From: Sphaerodactylus townsendi
Taxonomy: Eukaryota
DNA: 64,000 nucleotides
Direction of reading: 5' to 3'
Assembly (NCBI RefSeq): GCF_021028975.2
Contig: NC_059428.1
Coordinates: forward strand, 151,962,001 to 152,026,000
In this document: positions 23,501-42,500 of the stretch, piece by piece
Numbering within the stretch: position 1 is the first letter of the stretch
Layout of the letters: every line of letters starts with the position of its first letter
The notes under the pieces: generated by a model
What the model saw: the letters and a program-made list of their open reading frames with translations, nothing else
What the model was told of the DNA's origin: nothing
Database searches by the model: none
Made by a program: the position numbers and the translations under genes

Positions 23501-25749
23501 CAGCTTATACCGGGCATATTTTAGGGTAAGCCGAAGTGATGTATTTAATAGCCATGAGTGTCCCACTCATGCGTAGACCAAAAACACCTCTTGACAGGAC
23601 CCCCAGGATTGTAGGGGAAAATGTCTTTTAAACATATATATTTTAAATCAAAATTGCACTTAACCACTGGAGGCGTTATGGGGGAAAAGGTGAGTGTTGG
23701 TAGAGTTAGGGGTTTAGGGAGAGGAAGAGAGTTGACAAGAGAGGAGACAGAAAAAGACAGCCACAGACAGGACAAGAGAAGAGAGAGAGAGAGAAGTTAG
23801 CAAAGCCAGTGGGGATGGCAAGCCAGGGGTTAAAATGGGAGCCAGAAAGGGAACTGGGCATAGCAGGGGGAAGGGGCAAAGAGACCCAGTTGGAAGAGAG
23901 GGAAGACAGGCAGAAAGATGGACCAATTGCCAACAAGGCAGAGGTGGGAGGAATGAGATTCTTGCCCCCGCCCCCTTCTTCTTATCTTCTATCATTCAAG
24001 TGTGGGCATTCAAGATAAGATAGCCACATAGCAGTTAAGACACAATAACACTTATTTAAAATGTAAAAGTACATTTTGAACAGTCAATTAATTAAATATC
24101 TAGGAAAGATCACCAGCCCAAGCTGAAAAGACAGAAATGCTGCATTTCTGCAGAACTGCTTGGACTGCTTGGACAGCATTTCTGCAGAACTGCTTGGACA
24201 GCATGGGGAGAGGGGGCAGGGCACAGGCTTCTGCCTGAATCTCCCCAAAAGATCAGCATTTACTCACTTTCGACCATATTTGGTAGCTGAAACAATAAGT
24301 AATAATCTTTGCAAGCAGTCAATGGTTTCGTTCCCAAAATCCTGATTTTGGAAGAGGCCTGTGATCCGAGAAGTGAATTTTTTCAGTTCTTCATCCTGGA
24401 TTTTCCTAATGAGGAAGAACATGGGATTGTTGTTTGTTTTTTATTAATTAAACAAGCACTAGCAACAAAAATTAAGAAAGGATACAAAATCCCAATTGTT
24501 CTGCAATTGGCAAACGTGTGGCATAGATTTTTGATTAGCAGATTTCAGGTAGTGGAATAAGGAAAGAACGCCTGAGGTGTTGGGGATCCAAGATGAATCT
24601 GCATTGTGGTTCAGGAGAAAGCAACTCTGTAGAGTCTTGCACCTTCTCAGTTTCATTATGAAACTCTATTAGTGTTGGAGCAATCAAAACCCAGGACATA
24701 TCGGGATTTTGAAAGGCAGATGAATAAAGCTTTTCAACTAAAAAATTGGGAGTGAAAGCAGCTTTGTAAAGGGGAGGGAGGGGGAAAGAAACAGAGTAAT
24801 GCAACCCCAACTTGCTTTCAGTGTGGTGGTGGTGGGGAAATTGAAATTCCATGCCCGTGGCAAAAGTCATGGCCATTTTCAGAAGGTTCCTGAGCATATG
24901 GAAGAATCTTTTCAGATTTCAGCTCTCAGGTATCAGAACCCTGCAACTTCACTGTGAACCCAATTACGCCAAAATTATGGCAGGAAATCATTGGAATTTT
25001 TTTTGTATGACAAGCCAAAAACAAAAGGTTTGGATACTTTTGCATGCACACGGCATTGTTCCATTTGGTCTTGATCAGAAGTATGTGGATTGTACAGTTG
25101 TACTTGAGATTTTTCCCAGAGATTTTTTTCAAGCTGTCACAGCAGCCAGGATGGTGCAGGGCTGTTGGACTGAGATCTGAGAGATGCAGTTTAAAACCCC
25201 TACTCTGTCATGAGATCCCCAGGCTGTTTCTGGGACCCGTCCCTTTCAGTGTCTGTCAGCCTGCTGCACAGGGTTGTGAGGCTACAAAACAGAAGGGCAG
25301 AAACAAGTGTGTCATAGCGAACACACAGATCCCGGCCGTGGCACTTTGTCTGAGCTTGATCTAACCAGGCAGTCCTTGTCATTCAGACAATTACACAACC
25401 ATACAATTAAACTTTTAGCTAGGGATGCCAGCTTCCAGATGGGACAACTCATTTCCAGACTGCAGGAATCAGATCCCCTGGAGAAGTGGATGGTTTGTAG
25501 GGGGGCTGTGTGGCATTGTACCCCACTGAGGTCCCCGTTCTCCCCAGACTTCATCCCGAAATCTCCAGGGGTTTCCCAGCCTGGATGTGTAAATTCTAAC
25601 GCTCCATCCCACACACAAACAGAATGGGTGCCAGTGCGAGCATGCAAGAATCATGCATTCCTTTCTCCAAGCAACCATCAAAAAGAGAATTTTATCTTCC
25701 TTTCCTACCTGGCCTGGTGCAGGAAACTCTCTGTCCCTGCGGTGTACAT
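11589..25749 (-). CDS. AP5Z1: AP-5 complex subunit zeta-1 (SPG48), complete, 17 coding exons, 809 aa
   Basis: Exons in transcription order: 25709-25749, 24268-24405, 22821-23007, 21967-22111, 20675-20784, 19781-19949, 18412-18552, 17467-17504, 17204-17366, 16676-16854, 16130-16272, 15772-15918, 15508-15619, 15197-15294, 14095-14227, 13186-13400, 11589-11859. Sum is 2430 nt, GT-AG introns, open frame. Peptides [51 protein letters not shown]...[17 protein letters not shown] and [15 protein letters not shown] match recalled AP5Z1. Confidence 0.96.
12160..12289. mobile_element. PIF/Harbinger-like MITE
   Basis: TIR GGCCCCTTCC...GGAAGGGGCC with 3-bp TSD TCT/TCT. Confidence 0.75.
12476..12623. mobile_element. 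Palindromic hAT (Charlie-like) MITE; partial relatives at about 31325-31421, 41020-41106, 44253-44368 and 56214-56275
   Basis: 148-bp near-perfect palindrome with TIR CAGGGGTAGGGAACC and 8-bp TSD GGCTATCC/GGCTATAC. Confidence 0.9.
12852..13132 (-). mobile_element. Squam3-type SINE
   Basis: Near full-length copy in an AP5Z1 intron. Confidence 0.85.
13694..14023 (-). mobile_element. Squam3-type SINE with GAA/GGA tail
   Basis: Full-length copy. Confidence 0.85.
17941..18239 (-). mobile_element. Squam3-type SINE
   Basis: Full-length copy. Confidence 0.85.
19305..19437 (+). mobile_element. Penelope-like pLTR fragment with a minimal hammerhead motif
   Basis: CCT-CTGAAGA-TGCC...GGT-GAAACGTT-AGG at 19343-19383. 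Confidence 0.7.
19531..19667. mobile_element. Non-autonomous hAT element (TIR CAGTAGTGGGATTCA)
   Basis: TIRs with a perfect 8-bp TSD CACCTGAC at 19523-19530 and 19668-19675. Confidence 0.9.
20290..20568 (-). mobile_element. Squam3-type SINE
   Basis: Diverged full-length copy. Confidence 0.8.
21119..21422 (-). mobile_element. Squam3-type SINE
   Basis: Full-length copy. Confidence 0.85.
23095..23290 (+). mobile_element. 5S rRNA-derived SINE (5S-Sauria-like); related minus-strand copies at about 12335-12475 and 50795-50940
   Basis: Head resembles 5S rRNA (GATCTTGGAGGCTAAGCAGGGTCAACCCTGGTTAG...GAAGACCACC), followed by a body TCTTGCCTTGAAAA...GGGGTCACCAT shared with the other copies. Confidence 0.6.
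23320..23452 (+). mobile_element. Penelope-like pLTR fragment with a minimal hammerhead motif; more decayed copies at about 28860-28965, 32105-32230, 38990-39090 and 56575-56730
   Basis: CCT-CTGAAGA-TGCC...GGC-GAAACGTT-AAG at 23354-23394. Confidence 0.7.
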
Positions 25750-27319
25750 CTTGCTCCCTTTCCCCACACCAAACTCTTGGGATTCACTAAGAGAGATACA
25801 CTTAGCTTCCCTGCCCCTCCTCCGATGAGTGGTTGCAGAGTCGAAAGTCGCCCGTGTAGAAATCTGATCCCTTCTCCGATGGTTCCAGTTGGAGCTGACA
25901 TGCAACCGTTTCCCTCCATTCTCATGGGCCAGTCCTCAACCAAAAGCTCTGCCAATGCTCAGAGACGCATTACTCTAAAATTGAGCACAAGGAAAATTGC
26001 CGAAGGGTTGTTTAGAGACTTCAGTGCAATATAACAGCATGTGTAAGAGAAACCCATGACAGTGTCAAAAATATTATATACCTTGGCCCCCAGTTTTTGA
26101 AGCCCTGGGCTTCAGCAAAGCAAGCTTATAGGTAAATCCAGCACTCCCTCCCGTTTCAATCTTCTTCCCACCCCTGGCTCACTGCCAATCCCAGAAGCAA
26201 ACGTTTGAGAAACTGGATGTTTTGTTTATTTGTTTGGAACTCTTATTGAGCAGGGGAAGGCAAATGAGTGTTTGTCAAGAACATGTTATTCTTGCATGAG
26301 AGATGCATTCTGTGAGTACATGCACAGGCATATTTAGTGGGTCCTTTATCACTAACAGTGGAATCCCTTTGCAAAAGGCACATTGGAATATGTGGTTCCA
26401 CGGGATATGTACATTTTATCAGCCCTCTGCCCATCCTGGCTGGTCTCGATTATGTCACCTGAACTGGCAGGCTTTGATACTGACCACTGTCAAACTCTTT
26501 TTCAGCTAAGCAACAAAATATTAAAGAGCACTGAATGTTTATATGCGGCCTTTGATTCTATGGATAAAAACAGACTTTGGGCAAAACAGGCTGGCACAAA
26601 CATAAACACTATTTCTTCTTCGTGAACTTCATCCCAACAGCTATGTTAAATTGAGGGTTCATCATCAGAGGATATCCCAGTTGCTGGAGGTGCGTGTGTG
26701 TAGCCATATTATAATAAATACTTTATTTTGGTCAGTGACTAATAATAACAAATAATAGTGACAATTGAGTGTACATTGGTTTTATGTTGAAGACCTGGGT
26801 GCAAATTGTATACAACTTTCTAACAACTGATCTCTGCCTGAGATAACCGTTGAACAAAATACGCATCTACTTAGGGCCTCACACAGAGAAGGTCCCACAG
26901 ATTTTCTTTCCCCAGTGCTGGATTTATCATGGACCATGGCACAATGTTGCAGCTGAACCAGGGCCATTAAAAAGGGGCCTCACAATAAATGAAAAGAAAA
27001 TTAATTATAGTACTGAAACGATTCATAATATATTTTAATTCTGTAAGTTAAAATGACATGTACATTCCAGGCAAGAAAGCAATGGAATAACAGGTGTTTT
27101 GTTTCATACAAATGATGATGTTTATTCATTAGAACGTGTATTTTACTGCTTACCATGGTTTTTTATTCCGAATTACATATTCAGTATATGGGAGCATGGC
27201 AACCTTTTCAGTGCTTAGGGACTCCAAAAGTCTTAATCCGGCCCTGCATCCAACACATACTCTCACCTCAGGCTAAGCTCCCCAAACCGGCACCCCACAG
27301 AGGGATTAATCCCAGGCTA

Positions 27320-27760
27320 AGCCCCACAATCCCACCTCAGGCCCTCACCTCAGACTAGGCCCCACAATCCCACCTCAGGCCCTCACCTCAGACTAGATCC
27401 CACAATCCCACCTCAAGCCCTCACCTCAGACTAGGCCCCCCAATCTCACCTCAGGCCCTCACTAGGCCCCCCAATCCCACCTCAGTCCCTCACCTCAGAC
27501 TAGGCCCCCCAATCCCACCTCAGTCCCTCACCTCAGACTAGGCCCCCCAATCCCACCTCAGGCCCTCACCTCAGACTAGGCCCCCCAATCCCACCTCAGG
27601 CCCTCACCTCAGACTAGGCCCCCCAATCCCACCTCAGGCCCTCACCTCAGACTAGGCCCCCCAATCCCACCTCAAGCCCTCACTAGGCCCCCCAATCCCA
27701 CCTCAGTCCCTCACCTCAGACTAGGCCCCCCAATCCCACCTCAGGCCCTCACCTCAGACT
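27320..27760. repeat. Minisatellite, 12 copies of a 38-bp unit (two copies shortened to 31 bp)
   Basis: Unit CCCCCCAATCCCACCTCAGGCCCTCACCTCAGACTAGG. AATC anchors at about 27328, 27366, 27404, 27442, 27473, 27511, 27549, 27587, 27625, 27663, 27694 and 27732. Confidence 0.95.
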
Positions 27761-28134
27761 AATACCTGCCCACTGGTTCTGAGGTACCCCAGACTAGGCA
27801 CCACAACCCCGCCCCTGCGACCAACAGTCACCTTGGCATGAGCCCCGTTTTGCCCCGCCCCGCCCCGCCCCGCCCCGCCGCCAGCAGCCGCCCACCTCGC
27901 TCTTCCTCCGCCCCTTGGCAGGGCCGTCGCCGGGCGGCGCTTGCTCGGAGGCCCGCCCGGCCTTTCCTGCTCCTGCTCGGTCAGTCTGGTGCTTCTGCCG
28001 CTGCTGCCGTTGCTGCTTTGACGGGCGGCGGAGGCCGGAGCCGGGCTGTGGCGGTGCGGCGAGGCCGGGGCGATCGGGGCCCGCCGGGCTCCTCCTCCTC
28101 CGGCGGCTGCTCGGGCTGCTTCTGCCTGGGCGGC

Positions 28135-35632
<7,498 letters not shown>

Positions 35633-36306
35633 CATCACGAGGGGAGAGGCCGGGCCCGCCTGCCCGCCCCCTCGCAGCAGCCCCAGCCGTGACAGCGAAG
35701 GCATGTTGCGGACTGCTCTCTGAGCTAGCTGGGCCGGCAAAATGCCTTACTCACTATCTGTTCTGCTGTTTGTCTCTCGTTCCTTTCCCCCGTTTTGAGA
35801 CCAGAGCTGCATTGCCTTTGTTAGATTAGAGCATTGGCTCCGTGGAGGGCAAGGGTCATACAATGGGCTTGTTCGCTCCGCTTCCAGCCAGCTTTCCAAC
35901 AGGGTGAGCACAAGCAAGGCCCCCAGTTTGGCCTTCAGAAAGGTAAGGAAACCCAGCCCCTTAGGGGACATGCCCCAAGAGGGTCTCTCCAGCAGCTGCT
36001 TTTGCCGAGGGCCCTGAGGAGCTCTCTGAAGTCTGGGACTCCTTCGGAAGCGGTCTTGGCATCTCAGAACGCTCAGGAGGAAAGTGCTTCTGGCGGTCTG
36101 GCGAACATCTGTTTCCTCCTCAAACTGCTGCCACAGGCCCATCTCCCGCAAGTGAAAAACTCGCGCAAACAGGCCGCGCGCTTTCCCTCGCCCTCTCCCT
36201 CGCTTGCTTCGAGCTGTCATTTCTTGCCTCCTCTCTGTCTGTACAAAGTTTTGCATTTCCAAATTACATCTCCTGTCTGTCTGGAATAGCTGTTGTAATC
36301 TTTGTA

Positions 36307-36312
36307 AATAAA
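36307..36312 (+). terminator. Probable STUB1 proximal polyadenylation signal
   Basis: AATAAA about 675 nt after the stop, with an upstream TGTA and downstream T/GT-rich sequence. Confidence 0.6.
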
Positions 36313-36756
36313 TAGTCTCTTGTTTCAGGGGAGGAATATTGAGTAATTATTATATCAACAGTGACTGGAATTGGGGCTTGTGCTAGGGAGGCAGTCCACC
36401 TGTCCAGGGGCAGGAGAGCGGAAGGCAAATTTGTCCGACTCCTTAGCCGTTTCCACAGAAGTCCGCTCAATGACGCCACCTTGTCTGAATTAAAACTAAC
36501 CTCCCTCCCAGAATAATGCCAGTATTTCTGGGAGTGTTGTGGAGAATTGAGAAGATTCTTGGGGGAAAAAACATTTTTTGAAGGAGGAAATGGCAGGCCC
36601 CACTGCTTAGCTTCTGTGAGCTACCTGCAGTGTTATCCATACTGGCAAATACCATTAAAAATAAGGGCTGTTTCATAGCTCCGGGGGCTTATGTTAGAGG
36701 AGGTGGGGAGTCTTTCCCCAGTTTCTGCTGGAGGAGCCTCCTTTGCAAATAGAGTA

Positions 36757-37051
36757 GAAGAAGAAGAGTTTGGATTTATATCCCTCCTTCCTCTCCTGTA
36801 AGGAGACTCAAGGTGGCTTACAAGCTCCTTTCCCTTCCTCCCCCCTCCCTCCACAACAAACACCCTGTGAGGTGGGTGAAGCTGAAAGAGCTCCGAAGAA
36901 CCGTGACTAGCCCAAGGTCACCCAGCAATGCAGGAGTGTGGAAACACATTTGGTTCACCAGATAAGCCTCTGCCACTCAGAGTGCGGAATCGAACCCGGT
37001 TCTCCAGATTAGAATCCACCTGCTCTTAACCACTACACCACACTGGCTCTC
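36757..37051 (-). mobile_element. Squam3-type SINE
   Basis: Full-length copy. Confidence 0.85.
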
Positions 37052-39539
37052 AAATAAAATCCAGACTCTTTAGGACACTCAGCCCTTCACTATCCCAGGC
37101 CAGGCCTTTTGTTCCACCGGGCATTACATTTTTCCTTTCAAAAGCAGGGAGGGAGGTCATCACACAAGACGATGAGCAGCCTGCCATGGCTGAGGTTTGC
37201 ACTGCCTCAGCTTCATTGTAATTGGCTACCCTCAAATTCCAAACTTCAGAGCGACAATTGCAATTCAGCTACAATATGAGACTCTGTTATAGGACTCATT
37301 GCTGGATTAGGTTGTCCACATTGCGGGAGCTGTGGTTTTGCACATGAGAGAAAACTTTCTCCGAGGCTGCATAGAAAAGCCCCATCTGCCTTGAGAAAAA
37401 ACATGTTTTCAGAGGACTGGAAACCTAGCTGGCTAAAGTTTACTTGAGGAGGAGGGGGTGGTGGTTTCTGGGTTGAAACTTTTCAAACCAGGATGAACAC
37501 TCAGGAAACATTTTGTACTATATTCTATACGGCTGCCAAATGACACAGAAAGGCTATATCTGTTTTAAGCCCCACCTTTGTCCCTTTTTAAAAAAGAAAT
37601 TGAATCAGGAATGGTATCTTTTAACTGCCTGTGGCTCATGTCTCCCTTGCAAGGAAGCACCATTTCTGTATAGTTTGGGACTTTTTGGTACAAACAGCTC
37701 TCTCATAATGATAAAGGTAACAAAGATGTAGGTAATGTCTGAATAAACAAAAATATTATATGTTAATACAAACAGCTCTCTAAAAATTGCTCTGGCAGCC
37801 AGTGCTATTGTTCGATGGACCCCTTGCCTGTCCCAAGTGGATATTTTAAAGAATAATTCATATTTATATTAACGTGTAGAGTGTTCAAAGTGCTTCAAAC
37901 AACCACAGCGGCCTGCCTTACATGACTGTTCGGTTCTCACCAAAGTGTGGATTGTGGCTTACCCAAAAGCCACCTCCTAAGTTTGTGGCAGCAATTTTGA
38001 ATGGACAACGTCGAGGATCACAGATCACTTTCTGAGTCACGGTGTTACAGCATCTCCATTTAATAATAAATAAGACAGGACTTCTCCCTCTGCCCCCATC
38101 CCTAGTGCATATTTTTGGGAGATGGTGCTGGGAATAAAATCCATGAACAGTTCAAATGCAAAGTTAGCATTTCCTTCATTGCTGGTACTATCATCAGCTG
38201 GTCCTACTACACTTTGGGGTGAGGGGCTTTGGACGTAGGCTGTCGGGTCAACGCAAAATTTAAAAGTGCTCCCCCACCTGGGCCTGACTCATAAGGTCCC
38301 ACTTCTTGAATCAAGCTTTGTAAAATCTTAAACGGGCATTTCTAATCGCTGCCCTATTTCAAAACCTGGGGAAATGGACGGATTGCTACTAAATGCCTTT
38401 GGCCTAATATAGTTCCTTTTTTAAATGACTCTTCCTGTTTTCAGAATTGTTGGTTTTCTGACCATATTTTTAAAAGTACAGAGACCGACCTCTGTATGAC
38501 CACAGTTAAGACACCTAAAGGGGTTTTTGAAGAGTAGGGTAATGATTTCTGCTAGCAGCAGCCCTGTAAACCTCCCAAATTGTAGTTTGAGGGGCGGGGG
38601 CAGTGTCTCTCAGGAATAGAATAGCGAGGGGGTCTGTAATGCGAGAAAGAGATGCAAACGGTTGTCCCTTTTTAAGAAAACATGTGCCCTGAAATTTTGA
38701 GAATGGGCTTGGATTGAGTCCCTTATTTTTTGGAGAAGGAAGAGTTTGGCGTAATCTCAGTTCCTGCTTTTGAAACTGGGAGAAGTGTTTAGAAATCCGT
38801 TCTTCAGCCTCTCTTATGTAGGAGACCAGCGTGAATAAGCAGGACAGTTTGAACCTCAGACCAGCACCAAAAATTTCACTCTGGGAATTTGTTCCTCCCC
38901 TGGCTGTTCTTTATAAAATGTGGAGACACCGTTATTGGGCCTTGTGGTGATACTTAATGGGAAGCAACGCTTAGCCAATTAAGGAAATTGGTGGTTGTGG
39001 GTTTTCCGGGCTGTGTGGCCGTGGTCTGGTATCAGCCAGGAAAACCCACAACAACAGTTGAATCCGGCTGTGAAAGCCTTCAACAATAAATTCAGGAAGT
39101 GCCCATCACTTGGACTGGGTCTGAGGGCTCCTGGAAAGTCAGTGCCCACTGGGCAGGGTCCTTTGTGTGGTCTACCTTTTGGTTACCAGCACTGTGTTTT
39201 TAACTGATAAACACAAATGTACTTACATGAGGGCTTGACTGTCAAGGGATAATGAACTTACACTGAAGGCCACTCTGGATTCCATTTTGGTTACGAGCAC
39301 TTGTGCTGGATCAGGTCAAGGACCATCTAGCATTTCCACAGGCCCTAGTTGGTCCACTGGAAACTGGCCAAATACCCACCCATTGATCACAGTTTTCCTT
39401 CTCACACCGGAGCCATACACAATGCCACACGAGAGAGTCCAGTAGCATCACCAGGGCTGTCCATGTGTACCAAAAAGAGAAATCAAGTGTCTTCCTTCAG
39501 CTGCCGGAGTAACTAGTGGTGTCCAGAAGAGGGGACACC

Positions 39540-42500
39540 CTAACCTAGGAATGTGGAGATGAAAACGCTGGTGTCCAAGTTGAGGGTGGCATGCCACCAG
39601 CGGTCTGGGAAGAATAGGACCTGCAGAGGGAAGAAGGTTGAAGGAAGGTGATTGGAGAAGGTGGGGTATGTTGGTTTTTACCTGTTACCTATCTGAGACC
39701 CGAGAGAGCTGCAAGTCATTCAGAAAAAAACAGCATTGAGCTAGATAGGACAATGCAGCAAGCAGCAGCTTTATACACTGGGGTCAAAACAAGGGGCGGT
39801 GTAGTGGTTAAGAAGAGCAAGGTGCACTCTAATCTGGAGAACCAGGTTTGATTCCCCGCTCTGCCGCTTGAGCTGTGGAGGCTTATCTGGTGAACCAGAT
39901 TAACCTGTGCAGTCCAACACATGCCAGCTGGGTGACCTTGGGCTAGTCACAGTTCTTCGGAGCTCTCTCAACCCCATCTACCTCCCAGGGTGTTTGTTGG
40001 GAGGCAGGGGGAGGGAAAGGAGATTGTAAGTCTCCTTGAGTCTCCTTGAAAAGGGCGGGGGGTATAAATCCAAACTTCTCCTCCTCTTCTTTTTGAGTAT
40101 AATTTTGAATCAAATTCAAAAATTGAAGCACTTGCCAAAGAAGTTCTATTCCATTCCTTCTCTAGCTTGCTAAGCTAAAATGCCATGTATGGCAATGCTG
40201 CAGGGTTTGTTTTTTTCAAGCCAATTTTTTGGTGGTTGCAAGAACTAGAACCATGCTGCTGAAACAAACCAGTAAACCAAACATGTTGCTGGGATGTCTG
40301 AGATGCTGAATTTTGCAAGGAAACCAAAGGGCATCTTAGCTCCCCAGGCAAGCAACCAGCTGCAGAAACACTTGAAAAAACATAGACCCCTTGCAAACAG
40401 TCTCTGTGGAACCTCTCCTCTATAGAGGAGATAACCAGGAAGGGAAGCATGGAATGGGTTTAAAGTGATTTACAAGAAGATACAACCAATACAGAATGAG
40501 TGTAATCCTTGGGGTTTAGAAGGAAAAGTGCTCTCTTAAGCACACCATCTCTCAAGCACGGGGACAATGTAGATCCTAAAACACTGATGTGATTTGATTC
40601 TGATGACTGAAGAAGAAGAGAAGGAGGAGGAGTTTCGATTTATACCCCACCTTTCTCTTCTGTAATGAGACTCAAAGGGACTTACAAGCTCGTTCCCCTT
40701 CCTCTCCCCACAACAGACACCTTGTGAAGTAGGTGAGGCTGAAAGATTTCGGAAAGGACTGTGACTAGCCCAAGGTCACCCAGCAGGAATGCAGGAGTGT
40801 GGAAACACATCTGGTTCAACAGATAAGAGTCCACTGTTCATGTGGAGGAGTGGGGAATCAAACCCAGTTGTCCAGGTTAGAGTCCACCTGCTCTTAACCA
40901 CTACACCACTTTGACAGTACCAGACAAAGCTCATGAACAGTCATTAAGGGCAGTCCTATATTTTAACACATAGTTTCATTAGTATGTTTCTCTCAGGGCT
41001 CAGGGAATTATAATTCCTGACAGCATGGCCAATTGGCCATGCTGGTAGGGGCTGATGGGAATTGTAGTTCCTGAACATCTGGAGAGCCGCAGGTTCCCTA
41101 CCCCTGGTCTAGCATCAAACATGAAGGCAGAAGTAGGTTGCTGAATGCTTTAAAATTCTTAAAAATATATGCTTCTGTTGTTTGACAACAGCCACAGTTA
41201 CCTCTCCAGGGTGAATGGTGCATTCAATTGGCCTCTCCCAGGGTGGCAGAAAAGGGTAGGTGTCCAGCAGCCAAGACAGAGTAGTCTTGTTGGGGTGGAA
41301 CTCTGGTGTTTTCTCCGGGGGATACAGAAACCAGTGCTGCCGAGGGAGTGCAGAGATGGAAGGAATCATAAATCTCCTAAGACCCAGGCAGGAGCACTTG
41401 CCCCCCAGCCCCAGGATACTATCTAAACCACAATGAGACATCACCCACAAGACTAAACCAGTCCAGAAGTCTCAAACAAGAGATGCAGCCAAGCCACAGG
41501 AGCAGCAAACTGATCTACCCAGGACTGTTCAGCAATCTAGATACAAAGACAGCCCCAAATCTGACCAAAGAAGAAAAAGAGGAGTTTGGATTTATACCCC
41601 ACCTTTCTCTCCTGTAAGGAGACTCAAGACGGCTTACAAGCTCCTTTCCCTTCCTCTCTCCTCAACAGACACCTTGTGAGGTAGGTGGGGCTGAGAGAAT
41701 CCAGAGAGAACTGTGACTAGCCCAAGGTCACCCAGCCTCTGCCAGTCAGGTGGAGGAGTAGCGAATCAAACCCGGTTCTCCAGATTAGAATTCGCCTGCT
41801 CTTAACCACCACACCATGCTGGCTCTTAACCACTACACCACCACAGGAAAGCCCTAATCAGCCCTCCCAAGAGAAATTATCCTGTAATAACTAAGGATGC
41901 TGAAAACGGCACCCTTCGAATCACAGCTGCAATTTTGGAAAAACAACAGGTTGGCCACTTCTGTGAGAACCAGGCTCCCGTCTCCATCTAAAGTACCTTT
42001 TGACCAAAGATCACCTCGGAGTATCCCGGACCATGCCAATGAAAAGGCACACCAGAGCCAGACCCTGTAAAAGATGAAGAGGAGATGAAATGAGAAATTC
42101 CACGGAATCGTCACTTCAGTCCGCTGCAAAAATAAGGGGTGAAAAGAATGATATCCTAAAGATTTAACAGATTTATCAAAACTTTTTTGGGGGGTTAAAT
42201 TTTTCCTTTTGTCAGATGCACAAAATGAATTCTTAGTCAATAGATTAAGCAATGGGTGGGAGGAGTGGAGCTGTATATCTTGGGAAACTGAGGCCCCTTC
42301 CGCACTTGCAGAATAATGCACTTTCAATCCACTTTCACAATTGTTTGAAAGTGGATTTTGCTATTCTGCACAGCTTCAAAGTGCATTCAAAGTGGATTGA
42401 AAGTGCATTGTTCTGGAAGGGGCCTGAGTGCCAAAATTAATCTTCTCAAAAGATCTGGAAGCTGTCTTTCAATGAAAAGGTTTAACTATCAATTGAGTCT

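Noticed and set aside
27320-27760. Regularly spaced repeat array that superficially resembles CRISPR
   Set aside because: No unique spacers and a eukaryotic context; it is a minisatellite.
27838-28134. Upstream ATG in frame with STUB1 (99-aa extension)
   Set aside because: It lies upstream of the GC-box cluster and so probably upstream of the TSS; stop-free frames are expected in a CpG island.
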